The notes under the pieces were generated by a model, which made no database searches, was not told the DNA's origin, and saw nothing but the letters and a program-made list of their open reading frames with translations. Source: an uncultured Flavobacteriales bacterium (GTDB lineage Bacteria; Bacteroidota; Bacteroidia; Flavobacteriales_D; Parvicellaceae). Taken from it: a stretch of DNA of 64,000 nt. The position numbers were made by a program, and so were the translations under genes. The stretch covers positions 19,070 to 83,069 of the forward strand of contig CALSNM010000004.1 of NCBI GenBank assembly GCA_943787725.1, given 5' to 3'. This document shows positions 9,411-18,394 of this stretch, in pieces (the first letter of the stretch is position 1; every line of letters begins with the position of its first letter).

Positions 9411-10324
9411 GAACTCAGAATTTCTTCATGGATTAATTCATTGTAAAATTCTCGAAGTTGTTTCGTAAATTCTCCGTTCTTCCCATCACCAATTAATCTA
9501 CCGTCAATTTTGGTAACTGGTGTTAAACCTCCAAAAGTCCCTGTCACAAATGCTTCATCTGCTCCGTAAACATCATATAATGAGAAATCCTTTTGACGAC
9601 ATACAATCCCATTCTTTTCACAAGCTTCAATTACCTTAGCTCTTGTTATTCCATTCATACAGTAATTACCAGTAGATGTCCAAACTTCTTTTCCTCGTGT
9701 AATAAAAAAGTTAGTAGCATTGCAAGTTGCAACAAACCCATTAACATCTAGCATTAATGCTTCATCCGCACCTGCCTCTATTGCTTGTATTAATGCTTGA
9801 ACTTCATGCAATTTGCTGTGACAGTTTAACCTTGGATCCAAATAATCAGGCGAACCTCTTCTAATGGTTGATGTAAACAAAACAATTCCAGTATCCAAAC
9901 TAACCTGAGCCGCTTTTTTATGCTCTGCTATTATCACAATATTGGGCCCTGAGATTGTTAAACGCGGATCTTGAGATGGTGTTTTTTTTATGCCACGAGT
10001 AACCATGGTTCTTACATGCACGTTGTCGTGCATGTCATTTGCTTTAATAGTTTTCCATATATTATCCGTTAACTCCTCTTTTGAAAATGGCAGCGTCATT
10101 CCCACCGATGCCGCCGCTTGCCACATTCTTTTCAGGTGTAAATCTAAAAAAACCAATTTATCATTGTGCAACCGCAGAGCTTCCCAAACTCCATCTCCAA
10201 CTAAATACCCACTATCAAAAACTGAAATCTTGGCATCATCCCGATGCAATAATTCTCCGTTGACAAATATCTGTATATCCTTATTGCGCTCGTCTGCTTC
10301 AGCGTTGTGAGTACCATGTACCAT
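9407..10324 (-). CDS. Class IV (fold type IV) PLP aminotransferase (branched-chain / D-amino-acid aminotransferase / ADC-lyase family)
   Basis: 305 aa. The overall pattern (FDSGYLVGDGVWEALR, EALMLDVNGFVATCNATNFF, GITR) is typical of the IlvE/Dat/PabC family. Confidence 0.75.
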   Translation of the reverse strand: MVHGTHNAEADERNKDIQIFVNGELLHRDDAKISVFDSGYLVGDGVWEALRLHNDKLVFLDLHLKRMWQAAASVGMTLPFSKEELTDNIWKTIKANDMHDNVHVRTMVTRGIKKTPSQDPRLTISGPNIVIIAEHKKAAQVSLDTGIVLFTSTIRRGSPDYLDPRLNCHSKLHEVQALIQAIEAGADEALMLDVNGFVATCNATNFFITRGKEVWTSTGNYCMNGITRAKVIEACEKNGIVCRQKDFSLYDVYGADEAFVTGTFGGLTPVTKIDGRLIGDGKNGEFTKQLREFYNELIHEEILSS

Positions 10325-10352
10325 AATTCATTTATTTTTAGTCGAAGTTATA

Positions 10353-11558
10353 CTATTTGGAAGTTTTTGCAAAAAATAAAACAACCAACATTGCTAATGC
10401 ACCAAAAACAGCAAACCCAATAACTAAAGGCACCACAGTACCATTATAGGACAACCCAATATACGCCCCAAAAGGCACTGAAATAAATGTAGAAACCGAA
10501 CCTACAATTGCTGCTCCCATACCAGCTATATGGCCCAATGGCTCCATTGCTAATGAATTTAAATTACCAAAGAGTATTCCTGTGCAAAAAACTGTAGCAC
10601 ATAAATAGGACATAAATAAAACGAGCGGTGGAGAGGGTATAAACCCAAATATTACTCCTAAGAAAATAATAGAAAACAAGCAAACACCAATCGAGGCCCA
10701 TTTAACCATTTTTTTCATACCATGCTTAACAACCATCTGTCCATTGATAAATGAAGCAGTCCCTACAGACAATGCAATCACAGCAAAGAACATTGGAAAC
10801 TTCTCCCCCAATTCATATTGTATTTGAAAAATTTGCTGGGACGAGTTCAAAAACCCTACAAAAGCACTAGAAATAAACCCTGCTGCTATTGTATATCCAA
10901 TTGAAGCTCGAGTTGTAAAGACCTCTTTTGCGGCTGAAAGCATTTTTCTCAATTCGAACTTTATTCGATTCTCCTTTTTCAAAGTCTCGCGTTGTCTCAT
11001 AGAAAACCAAACAAACAAAATCAACCCTAAGCCAAGTATCGTCCAAAATATGAAGCTCCAATGCGCTATCCAAAGTATTCCTTGCCCCATAAATGGGGCT
11101 ATGGTAGGAACAATAATAAACGTAGCCATAACAAACGACATAACCTGAGCCATTTTATCTCCTTTAAAGCGATCTCTAATAATAGCGACGCTAATAGTTC
11201 GCGTACCAGATAATCCAAACCCCTGAAGTGCCCTGCCTATTAACATGACAAATAAGCTATCTGAAAAAATAGAAATTATACAACCGGAAAAAAAGAAAAT
11301 CAGACCTATATACACAGCTTTTTTACGTCCAATTCCGTCCGACAACGGACCATAAAACAATTGTCCAATTGCCAAACCAAGAAATAATATCGATATGATC
11401 AACTGGTTATCGTTGGGTTCGGTCACTCCCAAATCATTTCCTATTTGCGACAACGCAGGGAGCATAGCATCTATAGAAAGTGCAGTCAGAGACATCATCA
11501 TTGCCATTAAAGCAACGAATTCTCTAAATTTCATTATGGGTTTTTGCTTAGCTTCCAT
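10353..11558 (-). CDS. MFS transporter, Bcr/CflA-like drug:H+ antiporter family
   Basis: 401 aa with about 12 TM segments. Motifs LSIDAMLPALSQIGNDL and GPLSDGIGRKK (MFS motif A). Confidence 0.75.
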   Translation of the reverse strand: MEAKQKPIMKFREFVALMAMMMSLTALSIDAMLPALSQIGNDLGVTEPNDNQLIISILFLGLAIGQLFYGPLSDGIGRKKAVYIGLIFFFSGCIISIFSDSLFVMLIGRALQGFGLSGTRTISVAIIRDRFKGDKMAQVMSFVMATFIIVPTIAPFMGQGILWIAHWSFIFWTILGLGLILFVWFSMRQRETLKKENRIKFELRKMLSAAKEVFTTRASIGYTIAAGFISSAFVGFLNSSQQIFQIQYELGEKFPMFFAVIALSVGTASFINGQMVVKHGMKKMVKWASIGVCLFSIIFLGVIFGFIPSPPLVLFMSYLCATVFCTGILFGNLNSLAMEPLGHIAGMGAAIVGSVSTFISVPFGAYIGLSYNGTVVPLVIGFAVFGALAMLVVLFFAKTSK

Positions 11559-11683
11559 TTCGATGACGAAGCTAAGGTTTATATAAATGCGGAATCTTTA
11601 TTTCTATTTTATTCTTGATCTTTCGAAATTACATCAAGTCAGAAGTTCCGCAACTATTCAAGTGAAATATATAAACGAGTTGA

Positions 11684-11691
11684 TATATTTG
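11684..11691 (+). promoter_or_regulatory. Candidate -7 box TATATTTG
   Basis: TAnnTTTG match 20 nt upstream of ATG 11712. Confidence 0.3.
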
Positions 11692-11711
11692 TAATCTAAA
11701 ATTAATCTTTT

Positions 11712-13586
11712 ATGCTATCAGTTCGTCAGATTACAATATTCCTTGCCGCATTCTTATTTCTGTTTTCAATGCATGCTTCTGCACAAAAGAAAAAGAAGAA
11801 AAACAAAAAGAAAGTAAAAGCCGAATTAGTGGTTCCGGTTTTTGAAAATGGAGAAGCTCAAGTTGTGCCTGGGTTTAGTGGTTTTGATAATTGGATTCGA
11901 CACGATTTGTTTGTAGAAACAACTTTCGACACAGATGGTGATGGCAAACTAGACCGAATGCACGTTTCCGTTACAAGACCAAAACAAACAGATACCGACA
12001 GCTTAAAACTGCCGATTATTTATGTTTCTAGCCCCTATTTTTCCGGAACAGCAGAAGACGTAGAAGGTGGAATGTGGAATGTAGAACATGAATTAGGGGA
12101 AACTACTAAAGAACGTGTCCATGCCGAAGTTACTAGACGCGGTGAAAGGCCCATTATTTCAAACTCTCATCTATTGAAATGGGTTCCTAGAGGATATATT
12201 GTAGTTCATTCGTGTTCTCCTGGAACAGGCCTTTCTCAAGGAGCACCTACCGTTGGTGGAGACAACGAATCTTTGGCTCCAAAGGCAGTAATTGACTGGC
12301 TTTGTGGCAGAGTAAAAGGATACAAAGAATTAACTGGAACAGATGAAGTAACGGCTTATTGGTCAAGCGGCAAAGTCGGAATGACTGGAACATCTTATAA
12401 TGGGACCCTTCCATTAGCAGCTGCAACAACAGGTGTTGAAGGATTAGAAGCAATCATTCCAATTGCACCCAATACTTCCTACTACCATTACTACCGATCC
12501 AATGGCTTAGTTCGTTCTCCAGGAGGTTACCTTGGAGAAGACGTTGATGTTTTGTATGACTTTATTCACAGTGGAGAAGAATCGAAAAGAGCTTACAACA
12601 ATAAAACCGTAAGAGATACAGAAATGAAAAACGGAATGGATCGAGAAACAGGGGATTACAATGATTTTTGGGCAGGCAGAGATTACCTCAACCACATGGC
12701 GCCAATGAAAGCTGCACTTTTAATGTCTCATGGCTTTAATGACTGGAATGTAATGCCTGAACATAGCTACAGGATCTATGCGAAAGCCAAGGCAATGGGG
12801 CTTCAAACACAAATTTATTATCACCAGTTTGGACATGGTGGACCGCCTCCTATGAAGATGATGAACCGTTGGTTTACGCATTACTTACACGGTATTGAAA
12901 ACGGTGTAGAAAATGATCCAAAATCTTGGATTGTGCGCGAGGGAGATAAAATGGACTCCCCTACTGCATATGCAGATTACCCAAATCCAGCAGCGGAAAA
13001 TGTAATGCTTTTTTTGCATGAAAATGGTACGACAGTTGGTTCATTAAACCAAGTGGCAGCTGCCAAAGAAGGATCTCAAAAACTGATAGATAATCATACC
13101 TTTATTGGCAAAGACTTAGCGAAAGCTGATTCTTCAATAAATCGATTATTGTTTGCAACGCCAACACTTACGAAAGATGTTCATTTATCTGGATTATCCA
13201 CTATTCGAATAAAAGTTGCCAGCAATAAACCCGCAGCTAATTTATCCGTATGGTTAGTCTCACTCCCATGGAACGACGATAGTAAAGCCAAAACATATGA
13301 CAACATAATTACCAGAGGTTGGGCAGACCCACAAAACAATAAGTCGCTTACTGAAAGCTCACCGCTAACTCCTGGTGAGTTTGTTGAATTGACTTTCGAT
13401 TTACAACCAGATGATCATGTTGTAAAAGCAGGACAACAAATTGGGTTAATGATCTTCTCAAGTGACCAAGAGTTTACGCTTTGGCCATCGCCAGGAACAG
13501 AATTAACAATCGATTTAGATAATACTAACATTACTCTTCCGGTAGTGGGAGGAGCTGCAACATTAAACATAGCACTAGGTAATTAG
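11712..13586 (+). CDS. Secreted X-Pro dipeptidyl-peptidase / CocE-NonD family serine hydrolase (peptidase S15)
   Basis: Signal peptide, nucleophile elbow GMTGTSYNG, and GFNDWNV with a downstream His region. 624 aa. Confidence 0.75.
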   Translation: MLSVRQITIFLAAFLFLFSMHASAQKKKKKNKKKVKAELVVPVFENGEAQVVPGFSGFDNWIRHDLFVETTFDTDGDGKLDRMHVSVTRPKQTDTDSLKLPIIYVSSPYFSGTAEDVEGGMWNVEHELGETTKERVHAEVTRRGERPIISNSHLLKWVPRGYIVVHSCSPGTGLSQGAPTVGGDNESLAPKAVIDWLCGRVKGYKELTGTDEVTAYWSSGKVGMTGTSYNGTLPLAAATTGVEGLEAIIPIAPNTSYYHYYRSNGLVRSPGGYLGEDVDVLYDFIHSGEESKRAYNNKTVRDTEMKNGMDRETGDYNDFWAGRDYLNHMAPMKAALLMSHGFNDWNVMPEHSYRIYAKAKAMGLQTQIYYHQFGHGGPPPMKMMNRWFTHYLHGIENGVENDPKSWIVREGDKMDSPTAYADYPNPAAENVMLFLHENGTTVGSLNQVAAAKEGSQKLIDNHTFIGKDLAKADSSINRLLFATPTLTKDVHLSGLSTIRIKVASNKPAANLSVWLVSLPWNDDSKAKTYDNIITRGWADPQNNKSLTESSPLTPGEFVELTFDLQPDDHVVKAGQQIGLMIFSSDQEFTLWPSPGTELTIDLDNTNITLPVVGGAATLNIALGN

Positions 13587-13600
13587 AGTGTTTTTTGAAA

Positions 13601-14915
13601 TTAGGTTAAAGTAATTCTGACTTTCTTTTTCTTTAATCGTGTGTTATTAACCTTGGGTAAAAGATTGTCAACAGCATTCGATTTAACAGAAACAAAAGCA
13701 CAATCATTTTTCAACTCAATTACACCCAATTCTTCTTTGGAAAGGTTTCCTTGTTTAAAAAACAAACCAGCGATATCTCCTTTTGAAATCTTATCTTTTC
13801 TACCTCCAGAAATAAACAACGTACTCCAGTCAGCTCGTTCTTTAAGTGGTTTCTTCATTAATTGTTCTACGGGTAAATCACCTATAAAATCCGGTAAATT
13901 TTCTTGTTCACAGTGCAACACATATGCGCTGCCATCGCTATTCATGCGGGCTGTTCTGCCATTACGATGTGTAAACTCTTCGCTCTCTATTAGGTAGGTG
14001 ATAATGAATAATAAAATTAATTTCTGGAACATCAATACCCCGGGCTGCTAAATCTGTTGCTAATAATATTTGGTGTGTACCGTTTCTAAATTTAATCAAT
14101 GCCCTTTCTCTTTCTCCTTGCTCCATTCCTCCATAAAATGTTCCGTGAGAACACATTGTACTCTGATAAGTATTCGCTTATGCGCTGGATGGAATCTTTA
14201 AAATTGCAAAAAATGATTCCGTTTTGATTTTCAAGATGAGCTATCAATTCTAAAAGTGTATCCAACTTATCTTTTGAAGGAGCTATCACCATCTTTACCG
14301 CTAATTGCGAAATGTCCTCATCTAAATAATCCACAGTAACTGGATTCGTCAATTCTACAAAACCGCGGAATTGCAACTCCTTGTGTTGCTGAAGTCAATA
14401 TCTTTTTATTTACTCTCGGTAATAGCTCTAAGATTTCTCTCATTTCATTTTCAAATCCTACTTCTAAAGATTTGTCAAATTCATCCAACACCAATGTCTT
14501 TATATCGGCAGTCGCAAACGCTTCTCTTCTTAAATGGTCTGCTACTCTACCCGGCGTGCCAACCAAAACAGCGGGTCGATGTTTTATATCTAACTCTATC
14601 TTTAGACCCAGAACGCCCCCCGTAAACCGCGTTTACTTTGAAACCTGCTCCCATTTCTCGAAATACTTGCTCAATTTGAATCGCCAATTCTCTAGAAGGA
14701 ACAATTATTACATTTTGAATTTCACGACAACTACCGTCTAATTCTTTTATTAAGGGCAATAAAAAAGCCAAGGTTTTACCCGTTCCTGTTGGAGAAAGCA
14801 GTATTATATTATCCATAGACTCTATGGCCACCTGCGCCTCTAATTGCATTGGATTTAATTTCTCTATTCCCAATTTAGAGAGTATTGCTTGTTGACTTTT
14901 TATTCCTTTAGACAT
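13601..14915 (-). pseudogene. DEAD-box RNA helicase with C-terminal DbpA-type RNA-binding domain, interrupted by four 1-nt frame changes
   Basis: Five consecutive minus-strand track ORFs (14547..14960, 14318..14566, 14092..14376, 13962..14156, 13601..14035) carry helicase motifs in order: SPTGTGKT, VPSRELA, VGTPGRV, LDEFD, TSAT, LLATDLAARGIDVP, HRNGRTAR, then a DbpA-like tail. The joins are at about 14616-14621 (a C6 run on the plus strand), 14359-14362, 14150 and 13981. The likely start is MSKGIK at 14915. Confidence 0.8.
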
Positions 14916-14988
14916 GATGCAAAGGTAGTTTCTTAAAATGAAATACCCTGTTCTAAGCAATTATTGTAGAAAATAACCAACAGATAGA

Positions 14989-15019
14989 AAAGAATATCTA
15001 TAATCATTGGATATTCTTT
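14989..15019. other. 10-bp perfect inverted repeat (aaagaatatc / gatattcttt, 11-nt loop) in a divergent intergenic region
   Basis: Read directly from the sequence. It lies between the divergent helicase and fasciclin genes, so it does not follow any gene end. Confidence 0.3.
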
Positions 15020-15206
15020 TTAACTAAGTATTTAGCCGCGTTGAAAGAAAATTTCCAACACAATAGACAATGGACATGCAATATAAAGGTGATTGACAAA
15101 TTAAATTGAAAAGAAACACCTCCCTGAAACACTTTATTTATAGGCTTTTTAAAAAAATAATGAACTTTTGTTTAACTTTTACTTGCTTTTCTTAAACATT
15201 ATCTAT

Positions 15207-15214
15207 TACCTTTG
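15207..15214 (+). promoter_or_regulatory. Candidate -7 box TACCTTTG
   Basis: TAnnTTTG match 36 nt upstream of ATG 15251. Confidence 0.3.
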
Positions 15215-15250
15215 TTCAATATTTAATCAAAAACATTAAACAAAAGAAAA

Positions 15251-17230
15251 ATGAAAAAACAATTATTATCAATTAAACAGTTACTTCTAGCTTCGACAGT
15301 AATTATGTCGAGCGGTTTAGCGTTTGCTCAAACCACGGTCTATGACGTCATCGCTGGAAGTCCGAATCACACCTATTTGACAGCAGCTTTAGACCAAGAG
15401 GGTTTAAATACAGTACTTGATGTCAATGCTGATCAGTACACTGTTTTCGCCCCTGACAACGCAGCTTTTGAACAACTAATACTTGATCTCAATTTATCCG
15501 GAATCAATGATGTTTTGGGATTAGCTGATTTATCAAACATTCTACAGTACCATGTGCTTTCAGGCTCTGTTCCATCCTCCGCTGTTTCGAATGGACAAAT
15601 TGTTAATCCACTTCACAACGATAATACATTAAAATTAACCACTGATGGAGCAAGTGTTTTTGCTAACCAGGCGGAAGTTAATGCAGCCGATTTGATGGGA
15701 TCAAATGGATATGTGCACTCTATCAACTCTGTACTATTAGATAGCGAAACAGTAGCAGACATTGCAATTGATAGCCCCAATCACGGAACTTTAGTTGCGG
15801 CTGTAATTGAAGCACGATTACTGCCTGCGTTAACAAACCCTTATTCTGAATTAACAGTGTTCGCGCCAACAGATGCAGCATTTACAGCCGCCTTGTCTGC
15901 AATGAATATTTCTGCAGCTGATTTATTAGCTTCACCTGATTTAACAGATATTTTATTGTATCATGTTTTAGGAGCTGAGGTATTGTCAACTGGTCTCTCA
16001 AACGGATTGATAGTTCAACCGTTGAGTGCTTCAAATACGTTGAAAGTCACTATCGACGGGGCAGACGTTTTTGTGAACCAAGCTCAAGTAACAACTGCGA
16101 ACGTGCAAGCGGGGAATGGAGCAGTGCATGTCTTAGACGGAGTAGTACTGCCTGGTGAAACAGTAGCAGATATTGCATTAGATAGCCCAGATCACACTAC
16201 ATTAGTAGCGGCGGTGGTTGAAGCTAGATTACTTCCAGCACTAACTAACCCTTTTGGAGAATTGACGGTATTCGCTCCAACAGACGCAGCATTTACAGCA
16301 GCCCTAACAGCATTGAATATTTCTGCAACTGACTTATTAGCTTCACCTGATTTAACAGATATTTTATTGTATCATGTTTTAGGAGCTGAGGTATTGTCAA
16401 CTGGTCTTTCGAACGGTATGATAGCTCAACCATTGAGTACTACAAATACGTTGAAAGTCACTATCGACGGTGCAGACGTTTTTGTAAACCAAGCTCAAGT
16501 GACAACTGCCAATGTGCAAGCTGGAAACGGAGCAGTGCATGTCTTAGACGGGGTAGTACTGCCTGGTGAAACAGTAGCAGATATTGCAATAGATAGCCCA
16601 GATCATACTACATTGGTAGCAGCTGTGGTTGAAGCCCGATTGCTTCCTGCACTAACTAACCCATTCGCTGAATTGACAGTTTTTGCGCCAACAGACGCGG
16701 CATTTACAGCAGCTTTAACTTCAATGAATATTTCTGCAGCTGATTTGTTAGCCTCTCCAGATTTAGCCTATATTCTACTTTACCATGTTATCGGAAGCGA
16801 AGTATCTTCAACATCTTTAACCAACGGACCTGTACCAACATTAAATGGGCAAGACGTAATTGTAGATCTTACAACCGGTGTGATGATCAATGATGCTAAT
16901 GTTACTGATGCGGACATAGCATCATCTAATGGAATTGTGCATATAGTTGATGGAGTATTGTTGCCGAATCTAACATCAGTCGAAGAAAACAATAAGTTAG
17001 ATGTACTAGTGTACCCTAATCCAGCAGTAAATGTGTTGAATGTCACATTGAATAGCAACGAGTTATTTGAGTTAACCATAACTGACCTGAACGGAAAGAA
17101 TATTTTAACAGAAAGCGTATCAAACATGTCGAATATGGTTGATATCTCTAACCTTAGCTCAGGGATGTACCTAATGCGAATAGCAAATAGTAATGTCCAA
17201 TCCACTACTAAAATTCAAATTAACAAATAA
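15251..17230 (+). CDS. Fasciclin (FAS1) four-domain surface protein with T9SS type A C-terminal sorting domain
   Basis: Signal peptide. Four FAS1 units each contain TVFAPTDAAF and NG.VH..D.VLLP. The C-terminus VYPNPAVNVLNV...GMYLMRIANSNVQSTTKIQINK is a Por secretion tail. Confidence 0.85.
   Translation: MKKQLLSIKQLLLASTVIMSSGLAFAQTTVYDVIAGSPNHTYLTAALDQEGLNTVLDVNADQYTVFAPDNAAFEQLILDLNLSGINDVLGLADLSNILQYHVLSGSVPSSAVSNGQIVNPLHNDNTLKLTTDGASVFANQAEVNAADLMGSNGYVHSINSVLLDSETVADIAIDSPNHGTLVAAVIEARLLPALTNPYSELTVFAPTDAAFTAALSAMNISAADLLASPDLTDILLYHVLGAEVLSTGLSNGLIVQPLSASNTLKVTIDGADVFVNQAQVTTANVQAGNGAVHVLDGVVLPGETVADIALDSPDHTTLVAAVVEARLLPALTNPFGELTVFAPTDAAFTAALTALNISATDLLASPDLTDILLYHVLGAEVLSTGLSNGMIAQPLSTTNTLKVTIDGADVFVNQAQVTTANVQAGNGAVHVLDGVVLPGETVADIAIDSPDHTTLVAAVVEARLLPALTNPFAELTVFAPTDAAFTAALTSMNISAADLLASPDLAYILLYHVIGSEVSSTSLTNGPVPTLNGQDVIVDLTTGVMINDANVTDADIASSNGIVHIVDGVLLPNLTSVEENNKLDVLVYPNPAVNVLNVTLNSNELFELTITDLNGKNILTESVSNMSNMVDISNLSSGMYLMRIANSNVQSTTKIQINK
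15746..16969 (+). repeat. Three tandem coding repeats (411, 411 and about 402 nt), each encoding one FAS1 domain
   Basis: Units start at 15746, 16157 and 16568, each beginning gaaacagtagcaga. Units 1 and 2 share a perfectly identical 74-nt block (15923..15996 = 16334..16407). Unit 3 diverges after about 16790. Confidence 0.9.
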
Positions 17231-17240
17231 CACCGATTAA

Positions 17241-17267
17241 GATAAGGAGAGAAAAACTCTCCTTATC
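17241..17267 (+). terminator. Hairpin terminator candidate after the fasciclin gene
   Basis: gataaggagag-aaaaa-ctctccttatc is an 11-bp perfect stem 10 nt after the stop. It is followed by a T-rich ttaattt tract. Confidence 0.5.
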
Positions 17268-17352
17268 TTAATTTATAACCACTCAACAGTAACTTATGTA
17301 AAGCATATTTTCAATAAACTAAAAATAACCTAATCAATAAAATCATTTTATC

Positions 17353-17520
17353 ATGGGACGAAAAAGAACAGCAAAACAACTAGAAAAAAAATTAGCTGAA
17401 TTAAAAGCTAAGACACCTAAGTTTAAGTTAAAACTGAATGAAAAGACAATAATTACTCTTTCCAACATAGATAAAGTGAAATATTGGAAAAGTTTATACC
17501 CTGATGCCCAACTGCTTTAA
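17353..17520 (+). CDS. Small basic hypothetical protein (55 aa)
   Basis: ORF below the track cutoff: MGRKRTAKQLEKKLAELKAKTPKFKLKLNEKTIITLSNIDKVKYWKSLYPDAQLL. It is the only ORF in a 600-bp AT-rich spacer. I recognise no homology. Confidence 0.25.
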   Translation: MGRKRTAKQLEKKLAELKAKTPKFKLKLNEKTIITLSNIDKVKYWKSLYPDAQLL

Positions 17521-17829
17521 ACAAGATATTAAAGTAGTTAGTTAACATAATAACAATTTGAACAAAAGAGACTATCTAATTATGAAATCAAAATTCCTAT
17601 AATTCCATTTAATTAACTAAACCTCAAAATCAGAATTTAAATTTAGAATTTCTAATGAGAGCTTCAATAGGTGAGTATTCGTATTGAAAGTAGATATTGA
17701 TCCAATCGAATTAATTACTCCCTATTTAAGAATAAATTGCATAGAGTATAAATGAATAATTGGAATTTTTATTAGACCTCTCAATGTAATTTCTTAAAAA
17801 AAGACTAACAAAGATAAAACAAAGAAATC

Positions 17830-18378
17830 ATGAAAATATTCACCATCACCATAGCAACTATTATTTTAACCTCTTTTTCACTAATGAAAAACTCTAACAA
17901 TACTATGAATAATTCTATCTATGATATCGAAATTTCCTCTCTGGAAGGAGAATCGATTGACCTTGCCAACTTCAAAGGAAAGAAAATTCTTTTTGTTAAC
18001 GTAGCTTCCAAGTGCGGATTCACTCCTCAATATGAAAAGCTACAAGAATTGCATAATCAATACGGGGAAAAAGTTGCTATCATAGGGGTTCCATGTAACC
18101 AATTTGGAGGACAAGAACCAGGGTCAGCAGCAGAAATAAAAGAATTTTGCAGCAAAAATTATGGTGTTAGCTTTTTAATGACTGAAAAATGCGACGTCAA
18201 AGGAAATAACCAGCATAAATTATACAAATGGCTAACCAAAAAGTCAGAAAATGGTGTCGAAGACTCCAACGTAGGTTGGAATTTCCAAAAATACTTAGTA
18301 GATGAAAACGGAAAATTGATTAAAGTCTTCAAATCAGGAGTAAACCCCTTAGACGATTCTATAACAAAACTTCTATAA
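17830..18378 (+). CDS. gpx: Glutathione peroxidase (Cys-type) with N-terminal signal/anchor
   Basis: Motifs VASKCGFTPQY (the Cys codon is TGC, not TGA), PCNQFGGQEPG and WNFQKYLV. Confidence 0.9.
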   Translation: MKIFTITIATIILTSFSLMKNSNNTMNNSIYDIEISSLEGESIDLANFKGKKILFVNVASKCGFTPQYEKLQELHNQYGEKVAIIGVPCNQFGGQEPGSAAEIKEFCSKNYGVSFLMTEKCDVKGNNQHKLYKWLTKKSENGVEDSNVGWNFQKYLVDENGKLIKVFKSGVNPLDDSITKLL

Positions 18379-18394
18379 GCAAAAATTAAACTAC

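Noticed and set aside
15746-16969. Regularly spaced 411-nt repeats considered as a CRISPR or satellite array
   Set aside because: The period is far too long, the units are in-frame and encode FAS1 domains, and there are no short repeat-spacer units anywhere in the window.
16780-17205. 141-aa antisense ORF inside the fasciclin gene, and similar antisense or alternative-frame ORFs (for example 1580..1819, 8025..8318, 21037..21393, 31485..31814, 48385..48765, 56877..57086)
   Set aside because: All lie within or opposite strongly supported genes, lack recognisable motifs and are expected by chance in long ORFs.
17941-18060. Possible selenocysteine in the glutathione peroxidase
   Set aside because: The catalytic residue is encoded by TGC (VASKCGF). 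There is no in-frame TGA and no SECIS-like need.
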